This document shows positions 9,110 to 19,246 of a stretch of 60,508 nucleotides of DNA, one piece after another; the first letter of the stretch is position 1, and each line of letters begins with the position of its first letter. Where the stretch lies: sequence record DRR378314_2501; one strand, given 5' to 3'. The position numbers and the translations under genes are program-made. The notes under the pieces were generated by a model, which worked only from the letters and a program-made list of their open reading frames with translations, did not search any database and was not told the DNA's origin.

Positions 9110-10606
9110 ATGGCTGAACAAGATCTTCAGACCGAAGCCGCGGCAGGCGCCTCCGCGTTTGGCTCCAGCGAATTCGCCAACCTACTTCAAAAAGAGTTTC
9201 GACCGAAATCCGATCAGGCAAAGACGGCGGTAGAGTCGGCCGTCAAGACGCTGGCGGAGCAGGCGCTGGCCAATACAGCACTGATTTCCGACGATGCGCT
9301 GCGGTCGATCGAAGGCATCGTTGCCGAGATCGACAAGAAGCTCACCGAACAGGTCAACTTGATCCTGCACAATGAGGATTTCCAGCAACTTGAGAGCGCC
9401 TGGCGCGGTCTGCACTATCTGGTGAACAACACTGAGACCGACGAGCAGCTCAAGATCCGGGTCCTGCCGGTGTCGAAGAAAGAACTATCCAAGACCCTGA
9501 AGAAATTCAAGGGCACCGCCTGGGATCAATCGCCGATCTTCAAGAAGATCTACACCGAAGAATTCAGCCAGCTGGGCGGCGAGCCTTATGGCACTCTGGT
9601 GGCGGATTTCCACTTCGACCATTCGCCGGTCGATATCGAGCTGTTGGGCGAGATGTCCAAGATCGCCGCGGCGGCACATGCGCCGCTGATCACCGGCGCA
9701 AAGCCGACGCTGTTCCAGATGGACAGCTGGTCGGAACTGTCGAACCCGCGCGATCTGACCAAGATCTTCCAGACCCCGGAATATGCCGCCTGGCGGTCGC
9801 TGCGTGACAGCGAAGATGCCAAATACGTCGGTCTCGCGATGCCGCGGTTTCTGGGCCGTCTGCCCTATGGGTCGCAAACCGATCCGGTTGAAGAATTCGC
9901 CTTTGAAGAAGACACCGAGGGCGCGGATAGCAACAAGTACGGCTGGGTCAACGCGGCCTACGGCATGGCGACCAACATCACCCGCTCGTTCAAGAGCTAT
10001 GGCTGGTGTTCGCGGATCCGTGGCGTCGAAAGCGGCGGCACGCTTGAGGGGCTGCCCTCGCACACTTTCCCGACCACCGACGGTGGCGTGGATCAGAAAT
10101 GCCCGACCGAGATCGCGATCGATGACCGTCGCGAAGCGGAACTGGCCAAGAACGGTATGATGCCGCTGATCCACCGCAAGAACACCGACGTGGCCACCTT
10201 TATCGGCGCGCAGTCCCTGCACAAGCCCGCCGAGTATGACGATCCCGATGCCACCGCAAACGCGAACCTCGGGGCCCGTCTGCCGTATCTTTTTGCGACC
10301 TGCCGCTTTGCGCACTACCTGAAGTGCATGGTTCGCGACAAGGTTGGCTCTTTCAAGAGCCGTCAGGACATGGAGTCCTGGCTACAGGATTGGATCAACA
10401 ATTACGTTGATTTCAATGCCGACATTTCCTCCGAGTCCGAGAAGGCGCGCAAGCCGCTTGCCTCGGCGGAGGTTGTTGTCGAAGAGGTCGAAGGAAACCC
10501 GGGCTATTATAGTTCGAAGTTCTTCCTGCGCCCTCACTACCAACTGGAAGGCCTGTCAGTATCTTTGAGACTGGTTTCCAAACTACCCTCCGAGAAGGGG
10601 GGCTGA
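9110..10606 (+). CDS. tssC: T6SS contractile sheath large subunit
   Basis: QVNLILH..FQQLESAWRGL, GGEPYG, PRFLGRLPYG, KCPTEIAIDDRREAEL, LRPHYQLE. Confidence 0.97.
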   Translation: MAEQDLQTEAAAGASAFGSSEFANLLQKEFRPKSDQAKTAVESAVKTLAEQALANTALISDDALRSIEGIVAEIDKKLTEQVNLILHNEDFQQLESAWRGLHYLVNNTETDEQLKIRVLPVSKKELSKTLKKFKGTAWDQSPIFKKIYTEEFSQLGGEPYGTLVADFHFDHSPVDIELLGEMSKIAAAAHAPLITGAKPTLFQMDSWSELSNPRDLTKIFQTPEYAAWRSLRDSEDAKYVGLAMPRFLGRLPYGSQTDPVEEFAFEEDTEGADSNKYGWVNAAYGMATNITRSFKSYGWCSRIRGVESGGTLEGLPSHTFPTTDGGVDQKCPTEIAIDDRREAELAKNGMMPLIHRKNTDVATFIGAQSLHKPAEYDDPDATANANLGARLPYLFATCRFAHYLKCMVRDKVGSFKSRQDMESWLQDWINNYVDFNADISSESEKARKPLASAEVVVEEVEGNPGYYSSKFFLRPHYQLEGLSVSLRLVSKLPSEKGG

Positions 10607-10683
10607 TTTTAGGTCGCGTATTTCAACTTCACTCGAAAACAACTTCGAACTCGAAAAATCATCTGATCTGAAAGGAATGAACA

Positions 10684-11184
10684 ATGGCTGCGAACATGTT
10701 TGTGCACATCTCCGACATCCCGGGCGACGCAACCGAAAAAGGTCACGATAAGTGGATCGTGATTCAGTCTCTGAGCTGGAATGTTGAGCGCGCCGTAGAG
10801 ATGTCCGATTTGGGCTCCACCCAGCGTGGTCACGCAAACTCCAACTTCGGCAAAGTCGAAGTGACCTCGCAAATGGGCATTGCCTCAAACAAGCTGGCGA
10901 CCTCCGTTGCCAACGGCACCGTGCGCTCAGAAATCAAGCTGCACATGTGTCGGTCCGGTGAAAGTGCGTCCGCGGGTCTGGAGGCATATTCGATCTGGAA
11001 GCTGAAGGACGTTGTCATCGACAGCTATTCCATCTCCGGCTCCGAAGACGGTATCCCAGAAGAAACCTGGACACTGGCCTATGCTGGGATTGAGCATGAG
11101 TACAAGTCCACCGACCAGAAGACTGCCAAGCTCAAGACAGAAAACACCTTCAAGTGGAATGTTCAGACCGGTCAGGTCGAATAA
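10684..11184 (+). CDS. hcp: T6SS tube protein Hcp (TssD)
   Basis: IPGDATEKGHDKWI...SLSW, L.DVVIDSYSISG, PEETWTL.YA.I..EY; position after tssC. Confidence 0.93.
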   Translation: MAANMFVHISDIPGDATEKGHDKWIVIQSLSWNVERAVEMSDLGSTQRGHANSNFGKVEVTSQMGIASNKLATSVANGTVRSEIKLHMCRSGESASAGLEAYSIWKLKDVVIDSYSISGSEDGIPEETWTLAYAGIEHEYKSTDQKTAKLKTENTFKWNVQTGQVE

Positions 11185-11209
11185 AACCGCAGGCTTGCGT
11201 GTTGTACTA

Positions 11210-11235
11210 GTCCCGGGCGTTTCGGTGCCCGGGAC
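11210..11235 (+). promoter_or_regulatory. GC-rich stem-loop with UUCG tetraloop downstream of hcp (mRNA stabiliser or partial terminator)
   Basis: GTCCCGGGCGT-TTCG-GTGCCCGGGAC, 9 Watson-Crick pairs plus 2 G-U pairs; no U-tract. Confidence 0.55.
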
Positions 11236-11277
11236 CACTCGCATTGAACTACACAGAGTTTCAGGGGGAAGCGCTTC

Positions 11278-12087
11278 GTGTCTATGACAGCACAAGAGCA
11301 TTTGAAGGCTGGTGATCCAGTTGCCGCCTTGTCGGCGCTGCAGGATGATGTCCGCAAGGACCCGTCCAACGCCAAGCTGCGCATTTTCCTGTTTCAACTG
11401 CTCTGTGTACTGGGAGACTGGAAGCGTGCGGTCACCCAGTTGAAGCTCTCGGCGGATATGGACGGTGCCGCGACCACAATGGCGCAGGCTTATCGCGAGG
11501 CGATCATTTGCGAAGTCTACCGTAGCAAGGTGTTCAAGGGTGAAAAAGACCCGCTGATCTTCGGCGAACCCGAAGAGTGGCTTGCTCTTCTGATCCAGGC
11601 ACAGAAAACTCTTGCCACAGGTCATCCCGAGCAGGCTGCGGAGATCCGAGCCCGGGCTTTTGCGACTGCGCCTGCCATGAGCGGCGAATTGAACGGCGCC
11701 CGCTTCGAGTGGATTGCCGATGCGGATATGCGGCTTGGCCCCGTGCTCGAAGTCATCGTGAACGGTCGCTATTTCTGGATGCCATTTTCCAAGATCGACA
11801 CTTTGGAGTTGGACGAACCAGCGGATTTGCGCGACGCGATCTGGATGGCAGGGACACTGACGCCAAAGGAGGGCGGCGCGTTGGCGGTTTTGGTGCCGAC
11901 CCGGTATCCCGGCAGCGTCGAGGCCGGCGGATTGGCGGCGCTGGCACGCTCTACGGATTGGGTCGAACTGGGTGCCGATGCTTTTGGTGGGGTGGGGCAG
12001 CGCGTTCTGGCCACCGATCAGGATGATACGGCGCTGATGGATTTGCGGCTGTTAAAGATGGACGGGGAGACGCCCGGCGATGGCTGA
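11278..12087 (+). CDS. tagJ: T6SS accessory protein TagJ (ImpE/SciE)
   Basis: VRKDPSNAKLRIFLFQLLCVLGDWKRA, FEWIADADMRLGPVLE...G.Y.W.PF, PTRYPG. Confidence 0.93.
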   Translation: MSMTAQEHLKAGDPVAALSALQDDVRKDPSNAKLRIFLFQLLCVLGDWKRAVTQLKLSADMDGAATTMAQAYREAIICEVYRSKVFKGEKDPLIFGEPEEWLALLIQAQKTLATGHPEQAAEIRARAFATAPAMSGELNGARFEWIADADMRLGPVLEVIVNGRYFWMPFSKIDTLELDEPADLRDAIWMAGTLTPKEGGALAVLVPTRYPGSVEAGGLAALARSTDWVELGADAFGGVGQRVLATDQDDTALMDLRLLKMDGETPGDG

Positions 12088-12577
12088 CAAGACCCTCGCC
12101 GAGCGCCTGCAGCCGTCCATGCTGGACCGGCTTACGGATGATGCGCCCAGCGAGCGGAAGGAAACCCGCGACTCTCGTGTGATAGATCTCGTACGCCTGC
12201 GTGAGATCATTCAGCGTGATCTCTCCTGGTTGCTGAACACCCAAAACGGTGGACACTTTATTGACGAAGAGCGTTTCCCCTCAGTGTCGAAATCTGTGCT
12301 GAATTTCGGGTTGCATGAAGTGACCGGAGAATTCACGGCCAAGGAAAAGATGCGCGAGATACGGGATTCCATTCGGGCGGCAATCCAAGCGTATGAACCG
12401 CGTATCATCGATGGATCGGTGGATGTGATGCTGGTCGATGCAGAGGACACAACGCAGATGACCGTCGCACTGGAGATCCGGGCGGATATGTGGGCACAAC
12501 CGATGCCGTTAGAGCTTTATCTGCGGTCTAAAGTTGATCTGACCACCGGAGAAATTCACATGGATCGGAGAGGCTGA
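12080..12577 (+). CDS. tssE: T6SS baseplate subunit TssE
   Basis: RLQPSMLDRLTDD, RDLSWLLNT, SVLNFGL, YEPRI. Confidence 0.95.
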   Translation: MADKTLAERLQPSMLDRLTDDAPSERKETRDSRVIDLVRLREIIQRDLSWLLNTQNGGHFIDEERFPSVSKSVLNFGLHEVTGEFTAKEKMREIRDSIRAAIQAYEPRIIDGSVDVMLVDAEDTTQMTVALEIRADMWAQPMPLELYLRSKVDLTTGEIHMDRRG

Positions 12578-12578
12578 C

Positions 12579-14456
12579 GTGGATACCAGGCTCCTGGAAC
12601 ATTACGAGACCGAGCTGAACTATCTGCGTGACATGGGCGCGGAGTTTGCTGCGGCCTATCCGAAGGTTGCGTCACGTCTGGGAATGGAAGGGGTCGAAGT
12701 GCTCGACCCCTATGTCGAGCGCTTGCTCGAAGGGGTGGCGTTCCTTTCGGCGCGGGTGCAGCTGGAATTGCAGCTGCAGTATCCGAACTTCACCTCCAAT
12801 CTGCTGGAGATCATCTATCCGCATTATCTGGCGCCGACGCCGTCGATGATGATTGCCCAGTTGGAGCCGGATATTTCGAACTCTGCTGTTAAAGCAGGCT
12901 ATAAGTTGCCACGGGGCACCGTTCTGAGATCCGGCCTGACCGATGGAATCCAAACCGCAATTGAGTTTCGCACGGCTGCTGATCTGACTCTATGGCCGAT
13001 CGAGATCGCCGAAGCGCAGTATATTGATGGACGCGGAGAATTGGTCGCGGCGGGTGTCGCGCAGGGATTTGATGCGCGAGCAGGGATACGATTGCGCTTG
13101 CGACGCAAAGATGGCGAGCCCATCCGCGAGCTTGATATGAATAGCCTGGGCCTCTACCTGACCAATGCAGCGGGAAACAGCTGGCCGCTTCTGGAACTGC
13201 TGTGCACGCAGGTCACGGGGGTGGTCGGACGGAGTACGGATCGGCGTGACGACTGGCAGGTGCCGCTGCGCGGTGCACAAGTCCGGCAGAAAGGATTTTC
13301 GCCCGAGGAAGCCCTGTTGCCGGTACCTCGACGTGTCTTTGATGGGTATCGCCTGCTTCAGGAATATTTCGCACTGCCGGAACGGTTCCGTTTTGTGGAG
13401 CTGACAGAGCTCAAACCCGCGATCCAGCAGGCCAAAGGTGCCGACGTCGATATCTATATCTTGCTGCGCGAAGGGATGAAGAACATCGATCCGATCATCG
13501 TCCCGGATGTGTTCGAACCGCATGCTGTTCCGGCTGTGAATCTGTTTGAAAAGCGCTGCGACCGTGTGCGTGTTCTGTCCAAGGACACCGAGCATCACGT
13601 CATCCCGAACCGAACTGCCGGGCTTGATTTTGAAATCTATGCATTGAAATCGGTGACAGGTATCAGTGGCGATGGTGAGGATGATGTGACCTTCAGGCCA
13701 TTCTATTCCGCAACCGATCTGACCGCCGCGGGAGAGGGACATCCGGCGTATTATACCCTGAAGCGCAAAATGCGTCAGCGCTCGGAAAAAGAACGTTTGC
13801 GCGGAGTGCGCTCGTCTTATCTCGGATCCGAGGTCTATTTGACATTGGTGGATCGGGCGCAGGCCCCCTATAGCGCGGGGTTGGAGCAACTGGCGGTCAA
13901 GGCGCTTTGTACCAACCGAGATCTGCCGATGCTGTTGGTCACCGGAAACGAAGATGTCTTTCATCTGCCAGATGGTGGGCCGGTCAAGAAGATCATATTG
14001 CCGATTTCTCCGACACGTCCGCATCCGACCCTAGCACAGGGTGATACGGCATGGCGGCTCATATCGCACCTCAGTCTGAACTACCTGTCCATCGCAGAGA
14101 GTGACAAGGGACAGTCTGCGTCAGCTCTGCGTGAGCTTATTGGCCTCTACGCACCGCTTGGGAACCGGGTAACCGAAAAGCAGCTCGAGGGCATCCTGTC
14201 GGTCTCAACTCGTCCTATTGTGCGCCGGATGAGCGATGAAGTTCTCTCTACAGCGGTGCGCGGAATTGAGGTCTCCCTCGGTTTCGACGAAAGCTATTTT
14301 GAAGGCACCAACATCTATGCGCTTGGTGCGGTGCTGGAGCGGTTTTTCCGCGGGTATGCCAGTATCAACTCCTTTACTGAAACTGTCTTGAAGACGGAAA
14401 AACGCGGGGAAATTGCGAGATGGCGACCAGAGAAAGGTCTCGGGCGCGTTCTGTGA
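12579..14456 (+). CDS. tssF: T6SS baseplate subunit TssF
   Basis: YETELNYLRDMGAEFAAAYPKVA.RL, DPYVERLLEG.AFL.AR, GYRLLQEYF.LPERF.F, WRLISHLSLNYLS, YASINSF. Confidence 0.96.
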   Translation: MDTRLLEHYETELNYLRDMGAEFAAAYPKVASRLGMEGVEVLDPYVERLLEGVAFLSARVQLELQLQYPNFTSNLLEIIYPHYLAPTPSMMIAQLEPDISNSAVKAGYKLPRGTVLRSGLTDGIQTAIEFRTAADLTLWPIEIAEAQYIDGRGELVAAGVAQGFDARAGIRLRLRRKDGEPIRELDMNSLGLYLTNAAGNSWPLLELLCTQVTGVVGRSTDRRDDWQVPLRGAQVRQKGFSPEEALLPVPRRVFDGYRLLQEYFALPERFRFVELTELKPAIQQAKGADVDIYILLREGMKNIDPIIVPDVFEPHAVPAVNLFEKRCDRVRVLSKDTEHHVIPNRTAGLDFEIYALKSVTGISGDGEDDVTFRPFYSATDLTAAGEGHPAYYTLKRKMRQRSEKERLRGVRSSYLGSEVYLTLVDRAQAPYSAGLEQLAVKALCTNRDLPMLLVTGNEDVFHLPDGGPVKKIILPISPTRPHPTLAQGDTAWRLISHLSLNYLSIAESDKGQSASALRELIGLYAPLGNRVTEKQLEGILSVSTRPIVRRMSDEVLSTAVRGIEVSLGFDESYFEGTNIYALGAVLERFFRGYASINSFTETVLKTEKRGEIARWRPEKGLGRVL

Positions 14457-15493
14457 CCCGGGATGAGGACAGCCTGTTCGATACGCTTGTCGATGCGCCG
14501 CAGGAACACCACCTGTTTCAGGCGCTGCGTGTGCTCGAGGCGCATTTCTCCGACCGTCCCCGTCTGGGCGAAAGTCGGCGCCCACGGCAGGATGCACTAC
14601 GTCTGGGTCAGGAAGCGGAACTGGCTTTCCCCCCGTCAACGATCGCGGACTTCAAGCCAGGTAGCGCCACCGGACCGGCGCGGCTGACCAATAGGTTCTT
14701 TGGGCTCTTCGGTCCATCAGGTCCACTGCCCTTACATATGACCGAATACGCGCGGGATCGTAAACGAAACCATCGCGACCCTACCATGATCGCGTTTGCA
14801 GATATGCTGACGCATCGGATGTTGAGCCTGTTGTACCGGGCGTGGTCGCAAGGCGCGCCAGCGGTCAGTTTTGATCGGGGCGATGATCCGATGGCGCGCA
14901 AGGTTGCCGCACTTTCGGGGTATCATGGCGATCACCTGCAGGATCGCGATGCCATGCCGGACATGGCGCGGTTGCATTATGCCGGGCATCTAGGTCAACA
15001 GGCGCGCAATCCCGAAGGTTTGGTGTCGATCCTGTCGTCCTTCCTTGAGGTCGAGGTCCGGCTGGAGGAATTCGTCGGGTCGTGGCTTGAGCTGGAGCCG
15101 GATGATCGCTGGAAACTCGGCATGGGATCGCTGGGGCAGACGACCTCGATCGGTGACAAAGTCTGGAGCCGATCCGCCAAATTTCGAATCCGGATCGGTC
15201 CGCTCTCACTTGCGGACTACGAACGTCTCTTGCCGGGTGGCCAAAGCCTTGAACGGGTGCGTGCGATCGTGCGCTCCTATGTCGGTGATTGCCTGGATTG
15301 GGATGTGAACCTCATCCTTGCCGGAGACGAGGTTCCGCGGGCCAGCCTTGGCGGAACAACTCGGCTAGGACACACCAGTTGGGTCAGAACACGTCCTGAC
15401 CCGGAGGTCGAGCGGTCAGATGCCGGCGATCTATACCTGTACCCTGCGCATGCCAGTGCGGGACATGATAATTCGACAGAGGGAAGGACCTGA
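14453..15493 (+). CDS. tssG: T6SS baseplate subunit TssG
   Basis: FFGLFGPSGPLPLHMTE, FADMLTHR..SL.YRAW, F.IRIGPL...Y..LLPG; GTGA overlap with tssF. Confidence 0.94.
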   Translation: MTRDEDSLFDTLVDAPQEHHLFQALRVLEAHFSDRPRLGESRRPRQDALRLGQEAELAFPPSTIADFKPGSATGPARLTNRFFGLFGPSGPLPLHMTEYARDRKRNHRDPTMIAFADMLTHRMLSLLYRAWSQGAPAVSFDRGDDPMARKVAALSGYHGDHLQDRDAMPDMARLHYAGHLGQQARNPEGLVSILSSFLEVEVRLEEFVGSWLELEPDDRWKLGMGSLGQTTSIGDKVWSRSAKFRIRIGPLSLADYERLLPGGQSLERVRAIVRSYVGDCLDWDVNLILAGDEVPRASLGGTTRLGHTSWVRTRPDPEVERSDAGDLYLYPAHASAGHDNSTEGRT

Positions 15494-15494
15494 T

Positions 15495-18215
15495 ATGACC
15501 GAGATCAGCCGTGTCGCCTTGTTTGGCAAGCTCAACAAACTGGGGTATCAGGCCGTCGAAAGCGCGACCGTCTTTTGCAAAATGCGGGGAAACCCCTATG
15601 TGGAACTGGTCCACTGGTTGCATCAGCTTCTGGCGCAGCAGGACAGCGATATTCACCGCATCATCACACATTACGAATTGGACATCGGCAAGATCGCGAC
15701 GGAGTTGACCCGAGCGCTCGACCAACTGCCGCGCGGCGCGTCGACGATTTCCGATCTCTCAGATCACCTGATGGACGCAATGGAACGCGGCTGGGTTTGG
15801 GGCTCATTGCTGTTCTCCGCCAGTCATGTGCGGTCGGGGCACCTGTTGCTGGGCATGCTGAAGACCCCCGCGTTGCGGAATATTCTCAGCACAATGTCGC
15901 CTGAGATCGCCCGCATCGGTGCGGATGATCTCGCGGATAATTTTGATAACGCGACCGACGGTTCACCCGAGGAGCAACTGGTTGCTCAGGATGGGTCCAG
16001 CGTCGGCGGCGGTGCGGTGCCGGGAGAGGCCTCCAGCGCGATGTCGCCCGGAGCGATGGGACAGGGCGAAGCGCTGGAGCAATTCTGCACTGATCTCACC
16101 GCGCAAGCAAAAGCTGGTGAGATAGATCCAATCGTGGGGCGGGATGAGGAAATCCGCCAGATTGTCGATATTCTGATGCGCAGACGTCAGAACAACCCGA
16201 TCCTGACTGGCGAGGCCGGTGTGGGCAAGACTGCGGTGGTTGAAGGATTTGCGCTGCGTATCGCGCGCGGCGATGTGCCCCCTGCGTTGCAAGAGGTGCG
16301 CTTGCTGGTGCTCGACGTGGGCTTGTTGCAGGCAGGTGCAAGCATGAAGGGTGAGTTCGAGAACCGCTTGCGGCAAGTGATTGATGAAGTTCAGGCCAGC
16401 CCGACACCCATCGTGATGTTTGTTGACGAGACGCATACTCTGGTCGGGGCGGGAGGTGCGGCTGGAACGGGAGATGCGGCCAACCTGTTGAAGCCAGCGC
16501 TCGCGCGCGGCACACTGCGCACGATCGGCGCAACCACATGGGCAGAATACAAAAAATATATCGAGAAAGACCCAGCTCTTACCCGCCGCTTTCAGGTAGT
16601 GAAGGTTGAAGAACCATCAATTCCAAAGGCGATTTTGATGATGCGCGGCATTGCCTCAATGCTGGAGCAACATCACCGCGTTCAGGTGCTCGACGAAGGT
16701 ATCGAAGCCGCCGTTGGGCTTTCGGCGCGGTATATTCCAGCCCGCCAATTGCCCGATAAATCGGTCAGCCTGCTCGATACCGCCTGTGCGCGCGTCGCAG
16801 TTAGCCAACATGCGGTTCCGGCTGAAGTGGACGACAGCCAGCGTCGGATCGAAGCTTTGAATACCGAACTGGAGATCATCGGTCGCGATGAAACCGCAGG
16901 CTATGAGGTGGCGGACCGGCGTGAGGCGGTGACCGTCGCAAAAGAGGCTGAGGAGCAACGTCTCGGGGTGCTTACCGCGCAGTGGGATAAGGAAAAGGCC
17001 TGCGTCGACGCGATCCTCGACCTGCGTGCCCAGCTGCGCGCCGGGGCCGCTCCGGTGGATTCGGTAACAAACGCGGCTGAAGCCGACGCTGCGGATGCCG
17101 GCAATAGCCCACTGTCAGACGAGGACCGGGCAAGCCTCATGGCCGATCTTAAGGCAAAGAATGCCGAATTGGACACGCTACAGGGCGACAGTCCGCTGAT
17201 CCTGCCCATTGTCGATCACCAAGCTGTTGCTGCGGTGGTGGGGGATTGGACTGGCATTCCCGTGGGGCGTATGGTCAAGGACGAGATCCAGACCATTCTC
17301 AGCCTCGAAGAACACCTGGCGAAGCGCGTGATTGGCCAGGATCATGCGATGAAGATGATTGCCAAGCGCATTCAAACCAGCCGAGCAGGACTCGACAATC
17401 CCAACAAACCGATCGGGGTGTTCATGCTGGCAGGGACCTCAGGTGTCGGGAAAACCGAGACGGCACTGGCGCTGGCGGAAGTCATGTACGGAGGTGAACA
17501 AAACGTCATCACCATCAATATGTCCGAATATCAGGAGGCACATACGGTTTCTTCACTGAAGGGCGCGCCTCCGGGGTATGTCGGATATGGCGAGGGCGGC
17601 GTTTTGACAGAAGCCGTGCGGCGCAAGCCCTATGCTGTGGTGTTGCTGGATGAGGTGGAAAAAGCCCACCCGGATGTACATGAGATCTTTTTCCAGGTGT
17701 TTGACAAGGGCGTGATGGAAGACGGTGAGGGCCGTGTCATCGACTTCAAGAATACGCTGATCTTGCTCACCACCAATGCGGGCTCGGACATGGTGATGGA
17801 CATGTGCTCCGATCCGGACCTTTTGCCGGAGCCCGATGGGCTGGCAAAGGCGTTGCGCGACCCGCTTCTGAAAGTGTTCCCACCAGCCCTGCTAGGGCGC
17901 ATGGTGACAATCCCATACTATCCGCTGTCGCCGGACATGATCGCCGAAATTACCAAATTGCAGCTGGGTCGGATCAAGAAACGTGTCGAAACCGCACATG
18001 GCGTGCCCTTCACGTACTCCGATGCCGTGGTCGACACGATCGTGGAGCGCTGTCAGGAGCTTGAAAGCGGGGGCCGCATGATTGACGCCATCGTCACCAA
18101 CTCCATGCTGCCGGATATTTCGAACGAATTCCTGCGCCGCTTGATGGAAGGGCAGCAGGTAACAACCGTCAGCATCGACGTGGACAATGGTGAATTCACC
18201 TATGGCTTCGACTGA
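15495..18215 (+). CDS. tssH: T6SS AAA+ ATPase TssH/ClpV
   Basis: [28 protein letters not shown], second Walker [30 protein letters not shown]. Confidence 0.97.
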   Translation: MTEISRVALFGKLNKLGYQAVESATVFCKMRGNPYVELVHWLHQLLAQQDSDIHRIITHYELDIGKIATELTRALDQLPRGASTISDLSDHLMDAMERGWVWGSLLFSASHVRSGHLLLGMLKTPALRNILSTMSPEIARIGADDLADNFDNATDGSPEEQLVAQDGSSVGGGAVPGEASSAMSPGAMGQGEALEQFCTDLTAQAKAGEIDPIVGRDEEIRQIVDILMRRRQNNPILTGEAGVGKTAVVEGFALRIARGDVPPALQEVRLLVLDVGLLQAGASMKGEFENRLRQVIDEVQASPTPIVMFVDETHTLVGAGGAAGTGDAANLLKPALARGTLRTIGATTWAEYKKYIEKDPALTRRFQVVKVEEPSIPKAILMMRGIASMLEQHHRVQVLDEGIEAAVGLSARYIPARQLPDKSVSLLDTACARVAVSQHAVPAEVDDSQRRIEALNTELEIIGRDETAGYEVADRREAVTVAKEAEEQRLGVLTAQWDKEKACVDAILDLRAQLRAGAAPVDSVTNAAEADAADAGNSPLSDEDRASLMADLKAKNAELDTLQGDSPLILPIVDHQAVAAVVGDWTGIPVGRMVKDEIQTILSLEEHLAKRVIGQDHAMKMIAKRIQTSRAGLDNPNKPIGVFMLAGTSGVGKTETALALAEVMYGGEQNVITINMSEYQEAHTVSSLKGAPPGYVGYGEGGVLTEAVRRKPYAVVLLDEVEKAHPDVHEIFFQVFDKGVMEDGEGRVIDFKNTLILLTTNAGSDMVMDMCSDPDLLPEPDGLAKALRDPLLKVFPPALLGRMVTIPYYPLSPDMIAEITKLQLGRIKKRVETAHGVPFTYSDAVVDTIVERCQELESGGRMIDAIVTNSMLPDISNEFLRRLMEGQQVTTVSIDVDNGEFTYGFD

Positions 18216-18257
18216 TCGTTGCAGGTCGGGCCGACCAGGCACAACCGCCGACCTTGC

Positions 18258-18269
18258 GGGGGGGGGGGG
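18258..18269 (+). repeat. Homopolymeric G12 tract in the clpV / sodium-channel intergenic region
   Basis: 12 consecutive G read directly from the sequence. Confidence 0.8.
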
Positions 18270-18388
18270 CGTAAAACCGGTTTTCGCCTGAGGGCGGGAG
18301 CCACGGGCCAAACCGGCCGGGCAAACAATACCGCTGCGGCGGGGCTTCCTGGCAATGGGAAGCCGAGAAGGACCAGGGAGACGAAACT

Positions 18389-19246
18389 GTGTCAGACATG
18401 ACCGCCAGCCCGACGTTCGGGAGCCGCGCATGGGCCCAAGCCGTAATTGAACGTCCTGCCGTGACCCATGCAATTCTTGGCGTGATCATCTTTAATGCCG
18501 TGACGCTTGGTCTTGGTACATCGGAAGTCGTGCGCACTCACTTTGGCGGATTGCTTGATGTCATCGACAGCATCGTGCTGACGATTTTCGTGGTTGAGCT
18601 TGCGCTGAAGCTCTATGCCTATGGGCTGCGTTTCTTTTCCTCCGCCTGGAATGTGTTTGATCTGGTCGTGGTTGCCGTTGGCATGCTGCCGGACCGGCAA
18701 GGATTGTCGGCGTTGCGAGGGTTGCGTGTGTTGCGCGCCATGCGATTGCTGTCGGTGATCCCGCAAATGCGTGCCGTGGTTCAGGCCCTTCTGGATGCGC
18801 TGCCCGGCATGGGGGCGGTGATCGTGATGATCTCGATCGTGTTCTACATTTTTGCAGTGATGGCGACGCTGATGTACGGGCCCGCATTTCCAGAGTGGTT
18901 CGGTACGCTTGGCCGATCACTCTATTCGCTGTTCCAGATCATGACACTGGAGAGTTGGTCGATGGGGATTGTGCGACCGGTGATGGAGGTTTTCCCCTAC
19001 GCCTGGGCGTTCTTTGTGCCATTCATTGTGGTGACCGCATTCTCTGTGCTCAATCTCTTCATCGGTTTGTTGGTCAATACCATGCAGTCCGCGGTGGAAG
19101 AGGAAACAGAGGCAGAAATTCACAAGTTGCGTGACCTGGTTAAGTCAGAAACGGACGTGGTGGGTGATCATGTTGTCGAATTGCGCGATGAGATCCGCGC
19201 GCTGCGGGCTGAAGTTGCAGCGATGAGGGAAGACAAAAATGGCTGA
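18389..19246 (+). CDS. Bacterial voltage-gated sodium channel (NaChBac/BacNaV family, Ion_trans)
   Basis: Six TM segments; S2 IFVVEL.LK, S3 WNVFD, S4 LRGLRVLRAMR (RxxRxxRxxR), pore helix and filter SLFQIMTLESWSMGIVRP, S6 LNLFIG, C-terminal coiled coil. Confidence 0.96.
   Translation: MSDMTASPTFGSRAWAQAVIERPAVTHAILGVIIFNAVTLGLGTSEVVRTHFGGLLDVIDSIVLTIFVVELALKLYAYGLRFFSSAWNVFDLVVVAVGMLPDRQGLSALRGLRVLRAMRLLSVIPQMRAVVQALLDALPGMGAVIVMISIVFYIFAVMATLMYGPAFPEWFGTLGRSLYSLFQIMTLESWSMGIVRPVMEVFPYAWAFFVPFIVVTAFSVLNLFIGLLVNTMQSAVEEETEAEIHKLRDLVKSETDVVGDHVVELRDEIRALRAEVAAMREDKNG

Noticed and set aside
9240-10330. Higher GC3 in tssC suggesting separate acquisition
   Set aside because: Can be explained by codon optimisation of a highly expressed sheath gene; no boundaries or mobility signals seen
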